The position numbers and the translations under genes were made by a program. DNA of 64,000 bases from the human T2T-CHM13v2.0 reference genome, Homo sapiens. The notes below the pieces were generated by a model that saw only the letters and a list, made by a program, of their open reading frames with translations, had not been told where the DNA came from and did no database searches. The stretch lies in assembly GCF_009914755.1 (NCBI RefSeq), contig NC_060944.1, one strand, 5' to 3'. Each line of letters opens with the position of its first letter. Position 1 is the stretch's first letter. Of the stretch, positions 27,415 to 40,214 are shown piece by piece.

Positions 27415-27778
27415 TTCAAGAGTACAAAGACTTTATATGTAAAAGCAAAAGTGAACGCTTGCAAGTTTTACGTTTTTGGTAGCTTACTTTTGCCAATTAC
27501 TTACTTTAATTAAAATGATACAGACATTTTGGTTAAAGAAAAATAAAGTGAATAGGCAACAAAACTGGATGAGCACAAATTTAAATGTCAATTTCTAAGA
27601 TCTCTACTTCCAAAAGGACAATAAGGCACCCTACAACTGGGGCTTTTTAAAAGATGAAAGAGTGAAGCTGTATTTCAGGTTACATTTCCAAGTTCAACTA
27701 TTTAATCACCAGTTATCTTTCCTTTCGTTAATCTAAAAAAAAAGTTTGGCTTGTTCAGACCACACCTGAAGTACGCAC

Positions 27779-28307
27779 CTGATATTTGGTGACGGAGGAA
27801 CTGACAGGTATCTTGGGTCAGGAGATGAGGATGGCTTAGCTAGTATGGACTTGGGCACCATCACAGAAGTCAAGACAGGCTTCGGCACATCCTGTCTGGC
27901 TTCCACCATGTGGGTGCTGTCTGGGCGGGATGCTGCGGAGGCCACGGCTGTGCATGAACTGCTTGGAGCGGTCCTGGGGTCCCGGCCGGACACTGTGACG
28001 GTGGTGACCACCCCGCTCCCACAGGAGGCTGGGCAGGGGGACAGGTCTTCCAGCGGGGAGGGCTCGGGATGGCCATCTCCTGGAGGCCCAGGGAAATACG
28101 TTCTGTCCACATTTGGATGAGAAGCACTTTCTAGGCCTGGCTCAGAGGCAACTTCAGGCACAGCCTCCGGCATCACCTCATCAGCTGAATCCGGAGCTGG
28201 GTCAGGTGCAGAGCTGTCATGCTTTGATTTTAAGTCTTCTTTCTTAACAGAAGCTGACAATTTTTGTTTTTTCGGAGCTGGCTCATCTTCTGCGGAGGGA
28301 ACCTGGC
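27779..28307 (-). CDS. DIDO1: DIDO1 exon 12
   Basis: cag|GCC...CAG|gtgcgt, 529 nt, frame consistent with neighbours. Confidence 0.96.
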
Positions 28308-28525
28308 CTGAAGAAGGCGAGGAAAGGCTCTGTGAGAAACCCAGCCGGCACACTGGTGTTTCTCACACAAAGCCGAAAGCAATACTCTAAAGGCAGGGCA
28401 GGAAATCATTCTGGCCCTTCTGCGTGTTTAAGCTTACGTGCGGTTGCTTTTAGGAGGTTCAGTGATTTTTAACAAAATCAAGTTTAGTCTCAGCTCCAAG
28501 GCTCCATCCCCTGCACTGTGCTCAC

Positions 28526-28661
28526 CTGTGCAAATTTTACAGTTGAGATCGAAGAGGTGTGCGCGGTGCTGACTGGTGGTGTCTTTCAACATGCTGCTGA
28601 AGACGTCGAGAAGCGGCGCTGTGCTCTTCTCAGGGACAGCACGTGCTGACTCTTGCTGTTC
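28526..28661 (-). CDS. DIDO1: DIDO1 exon 11
   Basis: tag|GAA...CAG|gtgagc, 136 nt; DTTSQHRAHLFDLNCKICTG. Confidence 0.96.
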
Positions 28662-28922
28662 CTAAAAAAGAAAAAGAAAAAAAAGTGAGGTCGTTTCTTC
28701 TCCAAACTCAGCTCCAAATTAACCACACACAAGAAAAGCAGTCTCATGGGATTGAGACCCACGGGGGAGAAAAAAGGACCATCTAATACAAGGACTGAGG
28801 AATGCCACAATGACATACACCTGCTGTAAGCTCAGGTCCTGCCCAATAATTTAAGATAACCTCAAAACATTTGGGATGGATTAGTCTATTCTCGGTGAAC
28901 ACAAAATCTCCCAAATGCTTAC

Positions 28923-29027
28923 CTCTGAATCCGACACTGGCGGAGAGTCCTCCAGATCGGGGATGGCCTCCTGCCTGGGGGCCGTCTTCTTGCTTTCATT
29001 GTGCAGTTTAGTTCTGGACTCCATCAC
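28923..29027 (-). CDS. DIDO1: DIDO1 exon 10
   Basis: cag|GTG...GAG|gtaagc, 105 nt. Confidence 0.95.
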
Positions 29028-29161
29028 CTGAAATGAAAAAGACGAAACAGAGCTTAGGCCTTGTTTTCTAGGAGGAAAGCATCGCTTATGCAGCCGTCTA
29101 TGAATTTATTTCTATTAAGCTCGAGTCCTGGGTGCCTCCGCAGGTACCCCTCAGCACTCAC

Positions 29162-29278
29162 AGATCTCGCTGGCCTCTCTTTCCACGTGGAAAGCTCTTT
29201 AGATACAAGTTCTTCTGGCTTCAGTCTCACAAGTTTCGCCAAAGAGATTTCCTCACGCAGAACACGATGGAAGAGTCC
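29162..29278 (-). CDS. DIDO1: DIDO1 exon 9 (TFIIS-M domain)
   Basis: tag|GGA...TCT|gtgagt, 117 nt; GLFHRVLREEISLAKLVRLKPEELVSKEL. Confidence 0.97.
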
Positions 29279-30345
29279 CTATAAACAAGTATTTTTCATT
29301 TACTCAAATAATATTCCTATATCTGTCAATACAGAGAGCTTCTGGAAAACACAGCTGCCCAGAAGTTTAGCGGGCACAGGACAAAGGCCCTCAGGGCCCA
29401 CTTGCGTGTGGCACTGGGCAGAGCCCTCCCTGCAGGGTGTGACCTAACTCCCCAAACGGCCTTATGAGAGTGCGCCCCAGGATATCCCTGCTGTGAGCAA
29501 ATGGGAGCCCAGAGAGCACAGGTAATAAGGTTCAACAGTGGGTTTCACGGCCTGTGCTGCACTGGCTCTGCTAAAAAAAAAACAACACACAACACCTCAG
29601 GAAAAACAATTATGTACACAAGGTGGACACAAGTCAAAAAGGTAGCGTCAGGAACAAAGGAAGGAAGAAATCATTTCTGTTTAGGGCTGTTCAATGGTGA
29701 GATGCAAAGTCAGGGTATTTCATTATCCTAAAATTCTAAACAGGGAGGAGCCTGGAGGCCGATGGAGAGAGAACACCACAAGGCTGTCAGCCCGGCGGCC
29801 TATCCCTCCCAGCTGGAGTTTCTGTCCTCGTCGCATGGCCCATGCTGCAGTGAGGAAGGACTGATCCCACTACCTGGGCGTGAGCAGCCCCTGCTCCAAG
29901 TGGTGAGAACTCAAGCAGCCCAAACCATCAGGCTCACTCGGCTGATGAGGAATATGAGAAAATAAGGTGGAAAAGGCTGTCTGAGGCCGGAATACGGACA
30001 CCCTCATACACTGGGATGAAGAACTGGACTTTATTTTGGAGCCCAGTGAAGCGACTGGCTTGTACCTTTACAGCAATGTTTACAGGAGACTAATGTGGTG
30101 ATAAAAGGTGGACTTCAGGGAAGCCAGGAAGCGGACGCGACCCTAGTTAAGGCAGGGAAGGGAAGGGGTTTCCAGGACGCTCAACGCCAGTGCAACAATA
30201 CGTGGGCGGCAGAAGGATCACAGAGGAGAAAGAAACGTCTTAGCTTTCCTGGAAAGGACACGAACATCTCAAAATATTGGTTGATCCCTTTAGCACCCAG
30301 CGAACAGAACAGGAATACTCCAATGCACCGACACCAGGCACACAC

Positions 30346-30505
30346 CTGATTTTTAGGGTCCTTCAGGTTGAACATGATGCTGCGATATTTACTCTTGTAG
30401 CGATTATCTGTAACTTGAAACAAGTTAAACATCTCCTTCTCAATATGGAGGGCAATTTTTCCTACTTCGTTTTCTGTCATGATTAAGTCATCGCTGTCAT
30501 TGACT
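30346..30505 (-). CDS. DIDO1: DIDO1 exon 8 (TFIIS-M domain)
   Basis: cag|AGT...CAG|gtgtgt, 160 nt; IEKEMFNLFQVTDNRYKSKYRSIMFNLKDPKN. Confidence 0.97.
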
Positions 30506-30643
30506 CTGAACAGAATAAAAAAAAGGAACTACATAAGACACTTGTGTATATTAAACTTTTTGAACAGTGAGGCAATCCTGCAGCCACACTCTAATGAAAG
30601 CCCTTCCATTTTAATGGGTAAGAAATCAAGCAGAACAGCCCAC

Positions 30644-31109
30644 CTTTTCCACAAAATCTCTTTTAAGGAGCGTCTGATATTTTGCCGAATTTGTGAATTT
30701 GGCTGCGATGGTGCAGCACTCATAGCCCCAAGGCGTCCTGGGGCTGGCGAGGCCATTGGAACAGAAGGTACCACTGGCTTCCTTACGGCTCCCACCAAAG
30801 CAGCGGAGCCAGGGAACTTCTTGGAGGCAGCCGTTGCCGCTGCAGGTGCCGGTCCGGCCTGCCTGGCAGCTGAAGCACCACTCGATGGGGTAGCGGAGAG
30901 CCATGGCCTCTTGGGGATGGTGCCCTTGAAACCTGAGGGTGGCTTTTTAATGGCTGGTGTGGCTGCTGCCACATTAGCAAAAGAAGACTTCTTTGGCACG
31001 AGGTTTCTAGGTGCAGGCTGCTTGCCCACCGCGGAGCCTGGAGGGGCTGTTTTCTTTGAGGCTGCCATGGCTGCCGCTTTCTCCTCGGACCTCCTGTCTT
31101 CCTTCGTGG
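30644..31109 (-). CDS. DIDO1: DIDO1 exon 7
   Basis: tag|CCA...AAG|gtgggc, 466 nt; ends QIRQNIRRSLKEILWK. Confidence 0.96.
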
Positions 31110-34100
31110 CTACAAAGAAGAACACAGGCGCTGAGTAAGGGAGGACACCACAGGGTGCTGTCACCTGACTCTAAAAAGCAGACTTACCCTTAAACCTGTA
31201 AGTGCCCACCTGGCATTACTGAATAGGATACACATAGAGAAAAGGATTTGTAAAATGTTAGTGTTCAGAGGAGTGTAAGGGAGGACCGCCAGCAGCATTT
31301 ATGACGGTGACTACATTTTATTTCAGAAAGAAGAATGCTTTATTATTCTATCTTTTACCTTCAACCAGCAAACTCTAGTTATTAAAGGCTTGACTTGCGC
31401 ACTAGCTAAGCTTCAAAGCTGAAGGACAATTTCCTATCATCACTTTTTAAAAGGCAGATTTACAGCAGCACTATCATTATGAATTCAAGTGCAAACTGTT
31501 TGTAAACTTCAGTGAAAAAGACCGTTTAGAAGCGTAAAACAGGCTCTCTTAGCCCGGTGGGTGGGGTTTACACATCTCACTTCGTTGTCCTTCCAGACTG
31601 GAGTCCATTGGAGGCGATGCCATTAATAAAAATATGGAAAGCTGGCATACACCTGAACCACAGGAAGAGCAGCCACACCTTTACGTGAAGAGTGAGAAGC
31701 TGAGAACGCAGCAATGCTGTTACAGGAATGCGTCCATTCACAGCCCTCAGGCTGTAATTCCATTAAGTGAAGTATGAATCCAAACAAGGATTATAATTAA
31801 AAGCTCAAAGACATCAAACCCCCTCAACTTGCACAAAAAGCTTTCTATGTCAGTAGAGAATCAATCACCTTATAACCCCATGTGAGATCGTCAGAGCCCA
31901 AAGGCCCTCGAGCAGGGGACAGACGGCGTGCCAGGGGACAGATGGCCAGGGGACAGGGCTCGTTGAGGTGCACCGCATGCCGGGGCAGGGATCCAGCTAG
32001 TGGAGCAGAGTGAAACGCCTGGGGAATAGGGGGCCCCCATGAGGGCCCCAGGATGGCAGAGGCCATCTCAGCTCTACAGGCAAGTGCCTGGGAGCTACCT
32101 CGGGTGATCAAGTCAACAAGGCACCTCCTGAGGAAAGGCTTTTCCAACGATCGGTACAGCAGCAAGCCTCCAAAACTCCCAAAGGCCTAAATGGGAGAAT
32201 GTGACAGATGCTCCCAAGAGCGCTTCAGTTCTACCCAGGGACTGAAAATCAAACCGCACTCCTCCCCCGTCGTCTTACTGACCGCTTTCAATAAATGAGG
32301 TAAGTCTGAAAGCTCAGGAAAGAGCCAAGACTCTACAAATAAGGCCTGATTCAACAGCCTGCCCCAGCTTGGTCCTGCAGGATATCCCGCATGTGCTGCC
32401 AGGCTTGGCCACGTTGGCAGCGGGTGCCAGCCCTCCCCAGCAGCCAGTCCATCAAGCAGCAGCCTCAGGGCTGCAAGTCTTCCCAACTTCCCAGATAAGT
32501 ACAACTCCTTCCATTTTTACAAAACTTGCAACAGTACTACATGGATCCAAAAAGCGGTGTCACTGTTAACAGATACCCCAACTTTCAAACAATGGTGTCA
32601 CTGTTAACAGATATTCGCCCCGACTTTCAAGATTTCCATGTGTTCTTTCCTAACCATCATTTTAATGGTAACTAAGTAAAGGCAAATCCTGTATTTTCAT
32701 CTTAGGACCCTTCTAACCTCATGGCCGGCCCCTGCCTACCCCTTGCTAGATGTGGTCCAGCCACAGGACCCCCTCCTTGGCAACACTGCCAAGCCCTGTC
32801 TCCTCACCCACAACCGCACCCCAAAACACTCATTCCTGTTGGAGCTGGATCTTAAAAGCGCACTATAAAAAATGGCAACGTCTAACACGACAGGAACAAA
32901 GGTGACAGCTAGTTTTTATCTGTCCAGGAAACTTTGCTTTTAATTCCACATGTACTATGTCATCAGATCAGGTCTATACACCCCAGGAGTCACTACCTTA
33001 GTGTTTGAAAATCTGTTTTTAACAACTCAGTTTAACTCATTAGACTTAGCTCACAGGTCTGCAGCATCTTGCCTGCAGGGTTGCAATAGGTCAGTCAGGT
33101 TAAATAAAAATCAGTGGAGGCCCTTTTTCTTGGGGGAAGCAGCGAGGGGGTGGGGTGAGGATGGAATGAAAAGGCCCAGCAGGCCTAGGGCGCTGGAGGC
33201 ACACCGGCAGGAGGCTGACACCAGGCAGGCACCAGGAACCAAGCCCCGGTCTCCAGAGGCGGCAGACAGACACCTGCCGGGAAGCCAACCGTGATTCAAA
33301 CTGAAACCTCAAACCAATTCAGTGACTGCACTAGAAACCTTGGAGTGTTTTAATATCACGTTTAAAGAACTCTAAAAAAGCTGGCTGAAAGCATTTCCAG
33401 AAACCTCGGCAAAATGCCTTGGCTGTGACACACAGAACACCTGTGTGCTGTGACCTGAACGGTATCTTTAATGATGTTTAACGCTCACCTTGTTGCAAGT
33501 TAGGGTTACATGCTACCTTCAAAACCATCAACTCCATTTCTCCAAATCGTAAGTGTTGGAATGAGGCGTCCATGGCCACACTCAGATTTCTGCTCGTGTA
33601 ACTACACTATTGTCTCCCTCACTTAGGGAAAACCCGAGTTGAGAGATGAGTTTTAGGGCACTCCCAGTACATGGGTTTAAAACCACCCATTACCCAAGAG
33701 TGGGGGCAGCAGATTAACGTAATTTATTTTAAAAGCAGGAAATAGCTTTCCTTAACCATTGCTATTTTAGAAAATTAACTGCTCCCTTTCTAAAGGCAAC
33801 CTTTGTCATCCCTCATCTGTGCTTTAAAGAGCATGGAAATGGGCAGTCAGGTGAGTGAACGGCAGAATGTTCCAAGCCGGGCCTCTGGGAGCAGTGTCCT
33901 ACAACACGCAGAAAGCCCCATTCCTGCTCTGAACGGACATGTTCTATCCAGCAACTGTTCCAGGGACCCGAGCACACACCCATTCCACTCCAGGTGGGAC
34001 AGCATGGCTGGTGCTCAACTTGGGTCAGCTGCTGCTGAAATGGGGACAGAAACTTTTTAGTGGAGCTAAAATTCAATTTGCAAGTTCATCCAAATTTGCT

Positions 34101-37100
34101 TTGAACTATTACGTTGTGTATAACTTCAGAGAAGGGCAAGCAGCAACTCCAGGCAACCCAGGAAAAAACCCCACTGCAGAAACACAGGGCTCTGTCAGGG
34201 TACGAGCCTCCCCTACACGCTGCTGGGCCCCCTGGGGGCAGCAGTGGTGGTGACCTGGTCACACCGCACAGCACTGATGCCTGAGAGCCAGGGGTCCCCT
34301 GCCCCTCCCCACACCTCTCTGCCCCTTGGTCGCAGTGCTGTCTCCTTTAGCTCCCACATTCTGGGGGCCTGCCCAGGCCACTGGCCCAGATGAAACTGTT
34401 GCTGCCGGGTCTGGGTTTCAGCCAACTGCAGAATGAAGCAGGTCGTCGTCGTGCACAGGGATCAGCAGCACACTCTAATTGGCCAATTTCCCCCAAAGCA
34501 GAAGGCTGGCTGGCTTGGGTGCTACAGCGCCTCTGGCCACTGGGTGGCACCAGGGCCTGAGCAGAGACGGGGAGGAGAAAATCAGGCCCCCACTGGAGGA
34601 TGGTGCTACTCCGCTCCTCTCTGCAGAACCCATCCAATTGCCCCAGTGGAAGTTTTAGCAGGACAGGGATTAAAATATGGGGCAAGAGACCAAGTCTGCT
34701 CAGTTCTGGACTGTCCAGAGGCCCCCATGTAGCAACCTTATGTGCTGGATGGCTCCCCACAGGGAAAGGAACTGGTTATAAAAATCACTAAAATAAACAC
34801 CACACGCCCTCACGTAGGTGTTGACAATGAAGTGGCCTGCCCTGTCGCGGTACTGCTGGCTGGTTTAGGGAAGCTGGGGCACTCAGACCTCCACTGGTCT
34901 CCCACGGTGTCCTGAATCCTGCCTATCACCATCCGCTACAGCTCTAAGGGCTGTTTCTATGCTATGCACCTGAAAACAGACTCAACAGTCAGTGAAGGAA
35001 CTGTGGAAGTAAATTCTGTTCACTGTGACGTCAGGCCTATTTGCAGCCCTCAGTGAGGCGTGTGTACAACAATGCAGTTTCCTGCTTTACCTGTTTCTTC
35101 ACTCCAAGATTGCCCCTAGTGGGAACAATCAAGGTGGCAGCGGCAAGAGAAAATGTTCTGCTTTTGCTCCTCTCAACATGCTAGAATGTGTTCACATGAA
35201 TTCGCCTTTTATAAGTAGTTACTAGTTTGCTTTCATGTTGCGGGGAAACAGTTACTTCCCAAATACAGCAGGCAGACTACATCGCAGACGCTCCTCAGAG
35301 GAGACCATCACTACAGCCAGGACGCCCTTGCAGGGTCCACAGCTAGACTGCCGTGTTTTGGAATACTCAAAGCTTTCCTTGGTCAGTTTTCTTACTAATA
35401 CCCGCTACTTGAGTGCCTTCCAACTTAATGGAGAGGTGTGTAATTCTCCCTAAGAAACTCGTGTGATGAGGGCCACGTGGACAGATGGACGTTCCACTCA
35501 ACTGCAATTTCAGTTGTGCCCAGCTGCACATGGTGTGTGCCTGGCTGCCAAGCCCATTTGGGAGCAGAGCTGCTGCTCTTCCCAAGATCTCCCACACGAG
35601 TAATTTAACCTTTATCTAAGTTGTTTACTACTTAAACCAACATGTTAGGGGCATGTTAAAATTAGTCCACAACCCTCCCCTGTAATCCCTCCAGTCCTAA
35701 AGGGCCATACTCAGTATAAAGCCCCTAGCTGACAGCACCAAGCAGGTCAGTTGAGGATAAAGCCAGTTACCTTAAGCTCTTCTTGCCGAACTCTTCCAGG
35801 TTTGCGGCAAATGAAAGTTGCCGCAACCTTCATTTAAATAAGTAGCAAAAATTCTTGTCAATATTCTAAGTTACTTCTCTAACTTTTAGAAGCTAAGAAT
35901 ATAACTATGTGTATGTTGATGTGTTAACAGAAAAAAAAAAAAAAAAACCTAGTATTATTTTACAACTTTATACAAATCTACCTGAAACTTGTGTACCACA
36001 TTGGAGGAATTGTAGCAGGCGTCTTCAGAGCTGACCTCTGCACTCTGTGACACCGAGAATGCCGAGGAGGCTTTCCCGAGTATTCATCTTTAGACTATGA
36101 GTAGATCCACAGCTCCGAAAGGTCCTATGAAGGTCACTGAAGAGGTGGTGAATTCAGGGGGACCGATCCTGCTGGAAACTTCCATCCCTGCACCCCACCT
36201 GCCCAAGGTGGCTGAAGCATAAGCACAAAGGGGCACCTGAGGGATGGACAGGGGCACCACGGGACGGTGCTGATGTGGGACTTCACCGTGCAGGGTCACG
36301 GTTACGGAGGTGTGAAACCTTTCCCTGATGTAATTTTCTCAATGGCAGGCTGCTTTTTAAGTTTATAAAAAGTAAAACACTTAAAAATAACAAAAGAATG
36401 TCATTACTGACAGCCAAGAAACTTCCAGTTATATGGATAACGTAAAAAAACAACTATCAAGCTATATTCTTTCTCAGAACAAATTCTGATTTTTCTAATT
36501 GGGAGGAAGAGATTGGTGGACACGTAGAGTCTGATGACTCCCAGTCTCGTTTTATTGCCGCTGACAACTCTGGAGGAGACAGATAAAAAAAGAGCTCACG
36601 CGACCAGTGAAACAAGCCACCCTCCTCTCCCGGCTTTAAATTCCTGCAAAACACTCTTAGGTTCTAGAATCCCCCCATGTATTTTTTATTAATGAAAACT
36701 GAGACTGGGTCCTCTTAGGATTTCAGTGAAATGTGCTTCTGGAGCCCACACCATGAGTTATCCTTGTGAACGGTGTTCTCCGTCCATTTCACCCCACCAG
36801 GGCCATCTCTGTGGCAGCACGTGGGAACAAGAGGCAGTGCTTCCACCTGGGCACCATGCTTAACACAGCATCTGGATTTGGGTTTACAAACTGGCAACGT
36901 TTTCCATTTTAATTCCAACGGTTAGATGAAACGAACTGTAGAATCTGCTTTGCAGTCAAAATCTGTTCAGATCCTCAGTGTTTAAGTCACTTAATGAGCC
37001 ATTTAGGGAGACAAAATACTAGAAATTGCACCTATCAAATACCATCTCAAAATTTTGAGAATTCCATCTCAAAATTCTAGTCAGTCAGGTACATCTCAGA

Positions 37101-38610
37101 AAAACATTTCCAACTGACTTCATGCCTCGACAATAATGGGAGGTGAACAGTGGAAATAAAGAGAAAAAAATGGAATAAGAATTTATAAAACCACAAAAGA
37201 AACATCATGATCTTTGAGAGAAGTTATGTGCACCAAATGTTTACGTAAGCTAAATAAACTGTATATATAAGAAACAATTTTTAAAAACAAATGGGAGGAA
37301 CAAGGTGAGGCTGTGAAGGACCTACTGATATCTTAGCAGGGGGCACAGCCTCCTTCTAGCAATGGCAGAGTGTCTGTGCACACCAGGCCTCACCTGTTGG
37401 ACAGGAACCCCCAGGTCAACCGAGTGCCATGGGAAGGACAGGAGGGTGCCTAGGTGCACTGTGGGGAGCAGCAGCGGTAGCTCCACCACGTGGGTCTTCT
37501 GATGGTATGTGTGGTGAGGCAAGTGTGAGTCAGCTCATGGGACAGACCCACACCAGCCTCTCACTTCCAAACTCACCCCCTACCAGGGAGGGCGAGCTCC
37601 GTGGCCAGCCAGGGAGGCAGGGCAGGGGCCTCAAAGGCATACAGTGGTGGCAGGCTCCCCAGTACTTGTTGAGCCTACAAAAGTGCAGAGGTGTTTAGGG
37701 GAGAGGCAGAGACATGGTAGCTGCTGTCACCAATGTCTCTAACTCTGCTCCAATCAATCACCTTTTGGGAAGACAACATTTACGGGATAACAAAACGAGC
37801 AGAAGCTACTAGCTCAAAAGTGTGTCGTCCCCATTCCCATCCTATACAAATTCTGGAAATCCACCAATTTTAACTTGAGGTGATGTGTTGGGAAGGTTAA
37901 CAGGCAATTTCCCCCACCTCCTGTCCCTGGAGCAAATCAGCTTCCCAGAGGAGCTGATGTGTGGCAAAGAAGGGAAGAGGGAGAAGAGGTCAGAGTACCC
38001 CGCTATGGGCAGAAGAGCAGCCTCCTGGTCGACCTCTCCCCGCTCACAGTGCAGGAGGCAGGCAGGAAGCAATAACCCAGGGCTGAGAGCCCCTCATTTC
38101 CCCATCTTCCCACCAATGCTCCCTCCCCACAATGTACACGGACTCTTCCAACTCCACATGTGGAGTCTCTGGCAGCTTTTCAATTTTGGTTGACACAGAT
38201 GGAAATTAACCAAACTGAAATTATCACCCACTTATCTGAACTGAGGCTATAACCGCAGTTTTTCTTTTCTTCACTGTTATGTGTCTAAAACCAATGTACA
38301 GCTAAATTTTAGTACAGCATTAAAAATCCCTCTCTGCATTCACAGGTGGGTGACACTTTAAGCCCATTAGCTCTGTAGAACTGCTCTATCGTAGAGGTGC
38401 TAGAATCTGATGAACATTTGAGACATTTGCTAGCATAAAATTCTCAGCTCAAACAATGTAAGGTATCGAGATTCATTATAATGCAGCAATTGCATGATTC
38501 ATTTTATGTGCGGCTCAATTTCTTAGGTCTAGGCTGTTTACATGATCAAAACGAGGGACATATTTTTCTTCTTTTATGAAGCTACTCATACTCAATAACT
38601 GCATATTTTT

Positions 38611-38921
38611 AGCCAAGCGCTGTGGCTCACATCTGCAATTCCAGCACTCTGGGAAGGCCGAGTTGGGCAGATCACATGAGGCCAGGAGTTCAAGACCAGC
38701 CTGACCAACATGGTGAAACCCCGTCTCTACTAAAAATACAAAAATTAGCCAGGCATGGTGGCACGGGCCTGTAATCCCAGCTACTTGGGAGGCTGAGGTA
38801 GGAGAATCATTTGAACCCGGAGGTGGAGCTTGCAGTGAGCCGAGATCATGCCACTGCACTCCAGCCTGGGTGACAGAGCAAGACTCTTGTCTCAAAAAAA
38901 AAAAAAAAAAAAAAAAAAAAA
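38611..38921 (+). mobile_element. Alu
   Basis: Full dimer with a long poly(A) tail. Confidence 0.95.
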
Positions 38922-39668
38922 GTGTCTTTTTTGTAAGGCACACCAGACCTAGCATAGGTCTGCTTGCCTGCATGAGTGCCTTCCCTTAGGGAATCTGCTC
39001 AAAGTCTGACGACGGGAAAGTGGGGCACTCTGTGATCATCTTTGAATTGAGACTATTTAACCTTTCGGTGCTTTTTAAAAAAAGCACAAAATGCACTATA
39101 GACAGAAGGCATTAAAGACTGAATTGAAAATAGTTTTATAGCAGAAAACTGAGAAACAAGAAAACATTAAAATTGCACCACAGAATCTGAGGTTTCAAAG
39201 ATCTGTTTGAAATATCTTCATTTCATTAATTTGAAATTTGGGGCAGGATATGATCTTAAGAGTCTAAACATTCAAGAGACGAGGGCAAGAAAGCCAGTCA
39301 CATGTAGAATACCAAGTCCAAGGCACGCGTCCTGCGGTCAGGACAGTGTTCTAGGTGTGAACTCACTTACCGTGGGGCCTATGAAGCAGGAGTGTGTGGC
39401 CTTCGAAGTTCGAATGTGTTCATGTGGGTGTGTAGCGTGTGAATCGGACATGGAAAAAAAAAAATCCCCTATCTGCCCAGTCAAAAATAAATGTACACCT
39501 GAAAATCAGATGCAACACTAACTTGCAAAGATTCCCACAACATAAAAAAGAAGTGATGCTTTCATGTGCTGGCCGTGGACAATGTGGAAAAACTGAAGCG
39601 TATACAGCGCTGTTGTCAGAACAACTCATGTGCAGACAGGGGTGGATGTGGCGTGCCGGGCAGTGTGG

Positions 39669-39715
39669 CTATGCAATCAGACTGGGATGAAGAGAATACG
39701 AATACTTACCAGAGC
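39669..39715 (-). CDS. DIDO1: Alternative terminal coding exon (CSGKYSYSLHPSLIA*) giving a 544-aa DIDO1 isoform
   Basis: Acceptor ctgttttcactctcag|GC in the correct phase for exon 6; 1588+47=1635 nt gives 544 aa, matching the recalled isoform length. Confidence 0.75.
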
Positions 39716-39899
39716 CTGAGAGTGAAAACAGAGATTAAAGAATCAATCATTAAGGTGAACGTTCACCAGTGAGGTTTACAGCTTTGGAAAACAGTGACAG
39801 GAAGTCCTGACAGACTAGGGATGGACACAGGGCAGCAGGAGGCATCCTGGACATGGGCTCTGCTTCCCGCTGATGGTGCAGCCGGTGTCTGTGATCAGC

Positions 39900-40000
39900 T
39901 TAACACAAAGCTGCAACTCCCAGTCCTGGACAGGCCCAGGGGATGGCTATCCAGAAAGAACGGGAGGGGTCCAGGAGGCCAACCCCTAGGTGATACATAC
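39900..40000 (-). CDS. DIDO1: Short-isoform (562 aa) C-terminus by read-through of the exon 6 donor
   Basis: Frame continues CMYHLGVGLLDPSRSFWIAIPWACPGLGVAALC to TAA at 39902-39900; 1588+101=1689 nt. Confidence 0.9.
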
Positions 40001-40214
40001 ATTTATACAACAGTGACGGCGAGGGAGCAGCAGTCTTTTCTGGCTTTACTGCATTGTAATTGTGATCGCTCGCCCACGACGGCGTGCTGCTCTCACAAGC
40101 TGCTTCCTTCCCGAGTGCTTCACTCCGCGCAGGGACCACCACTGCCTTCTTCACTGTGGTCTCTTTTTTTTCTGGAGCTGGTCTCTTGTGCACAGAAGAG
40201 ATTTTAATACCTGC
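40001..40214 (-). CDS. DIDO1: DIDO1 exon 6
   Basis: cag|GCA...AAT|gtatgt, 214 nt. Confidence 0.96.
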
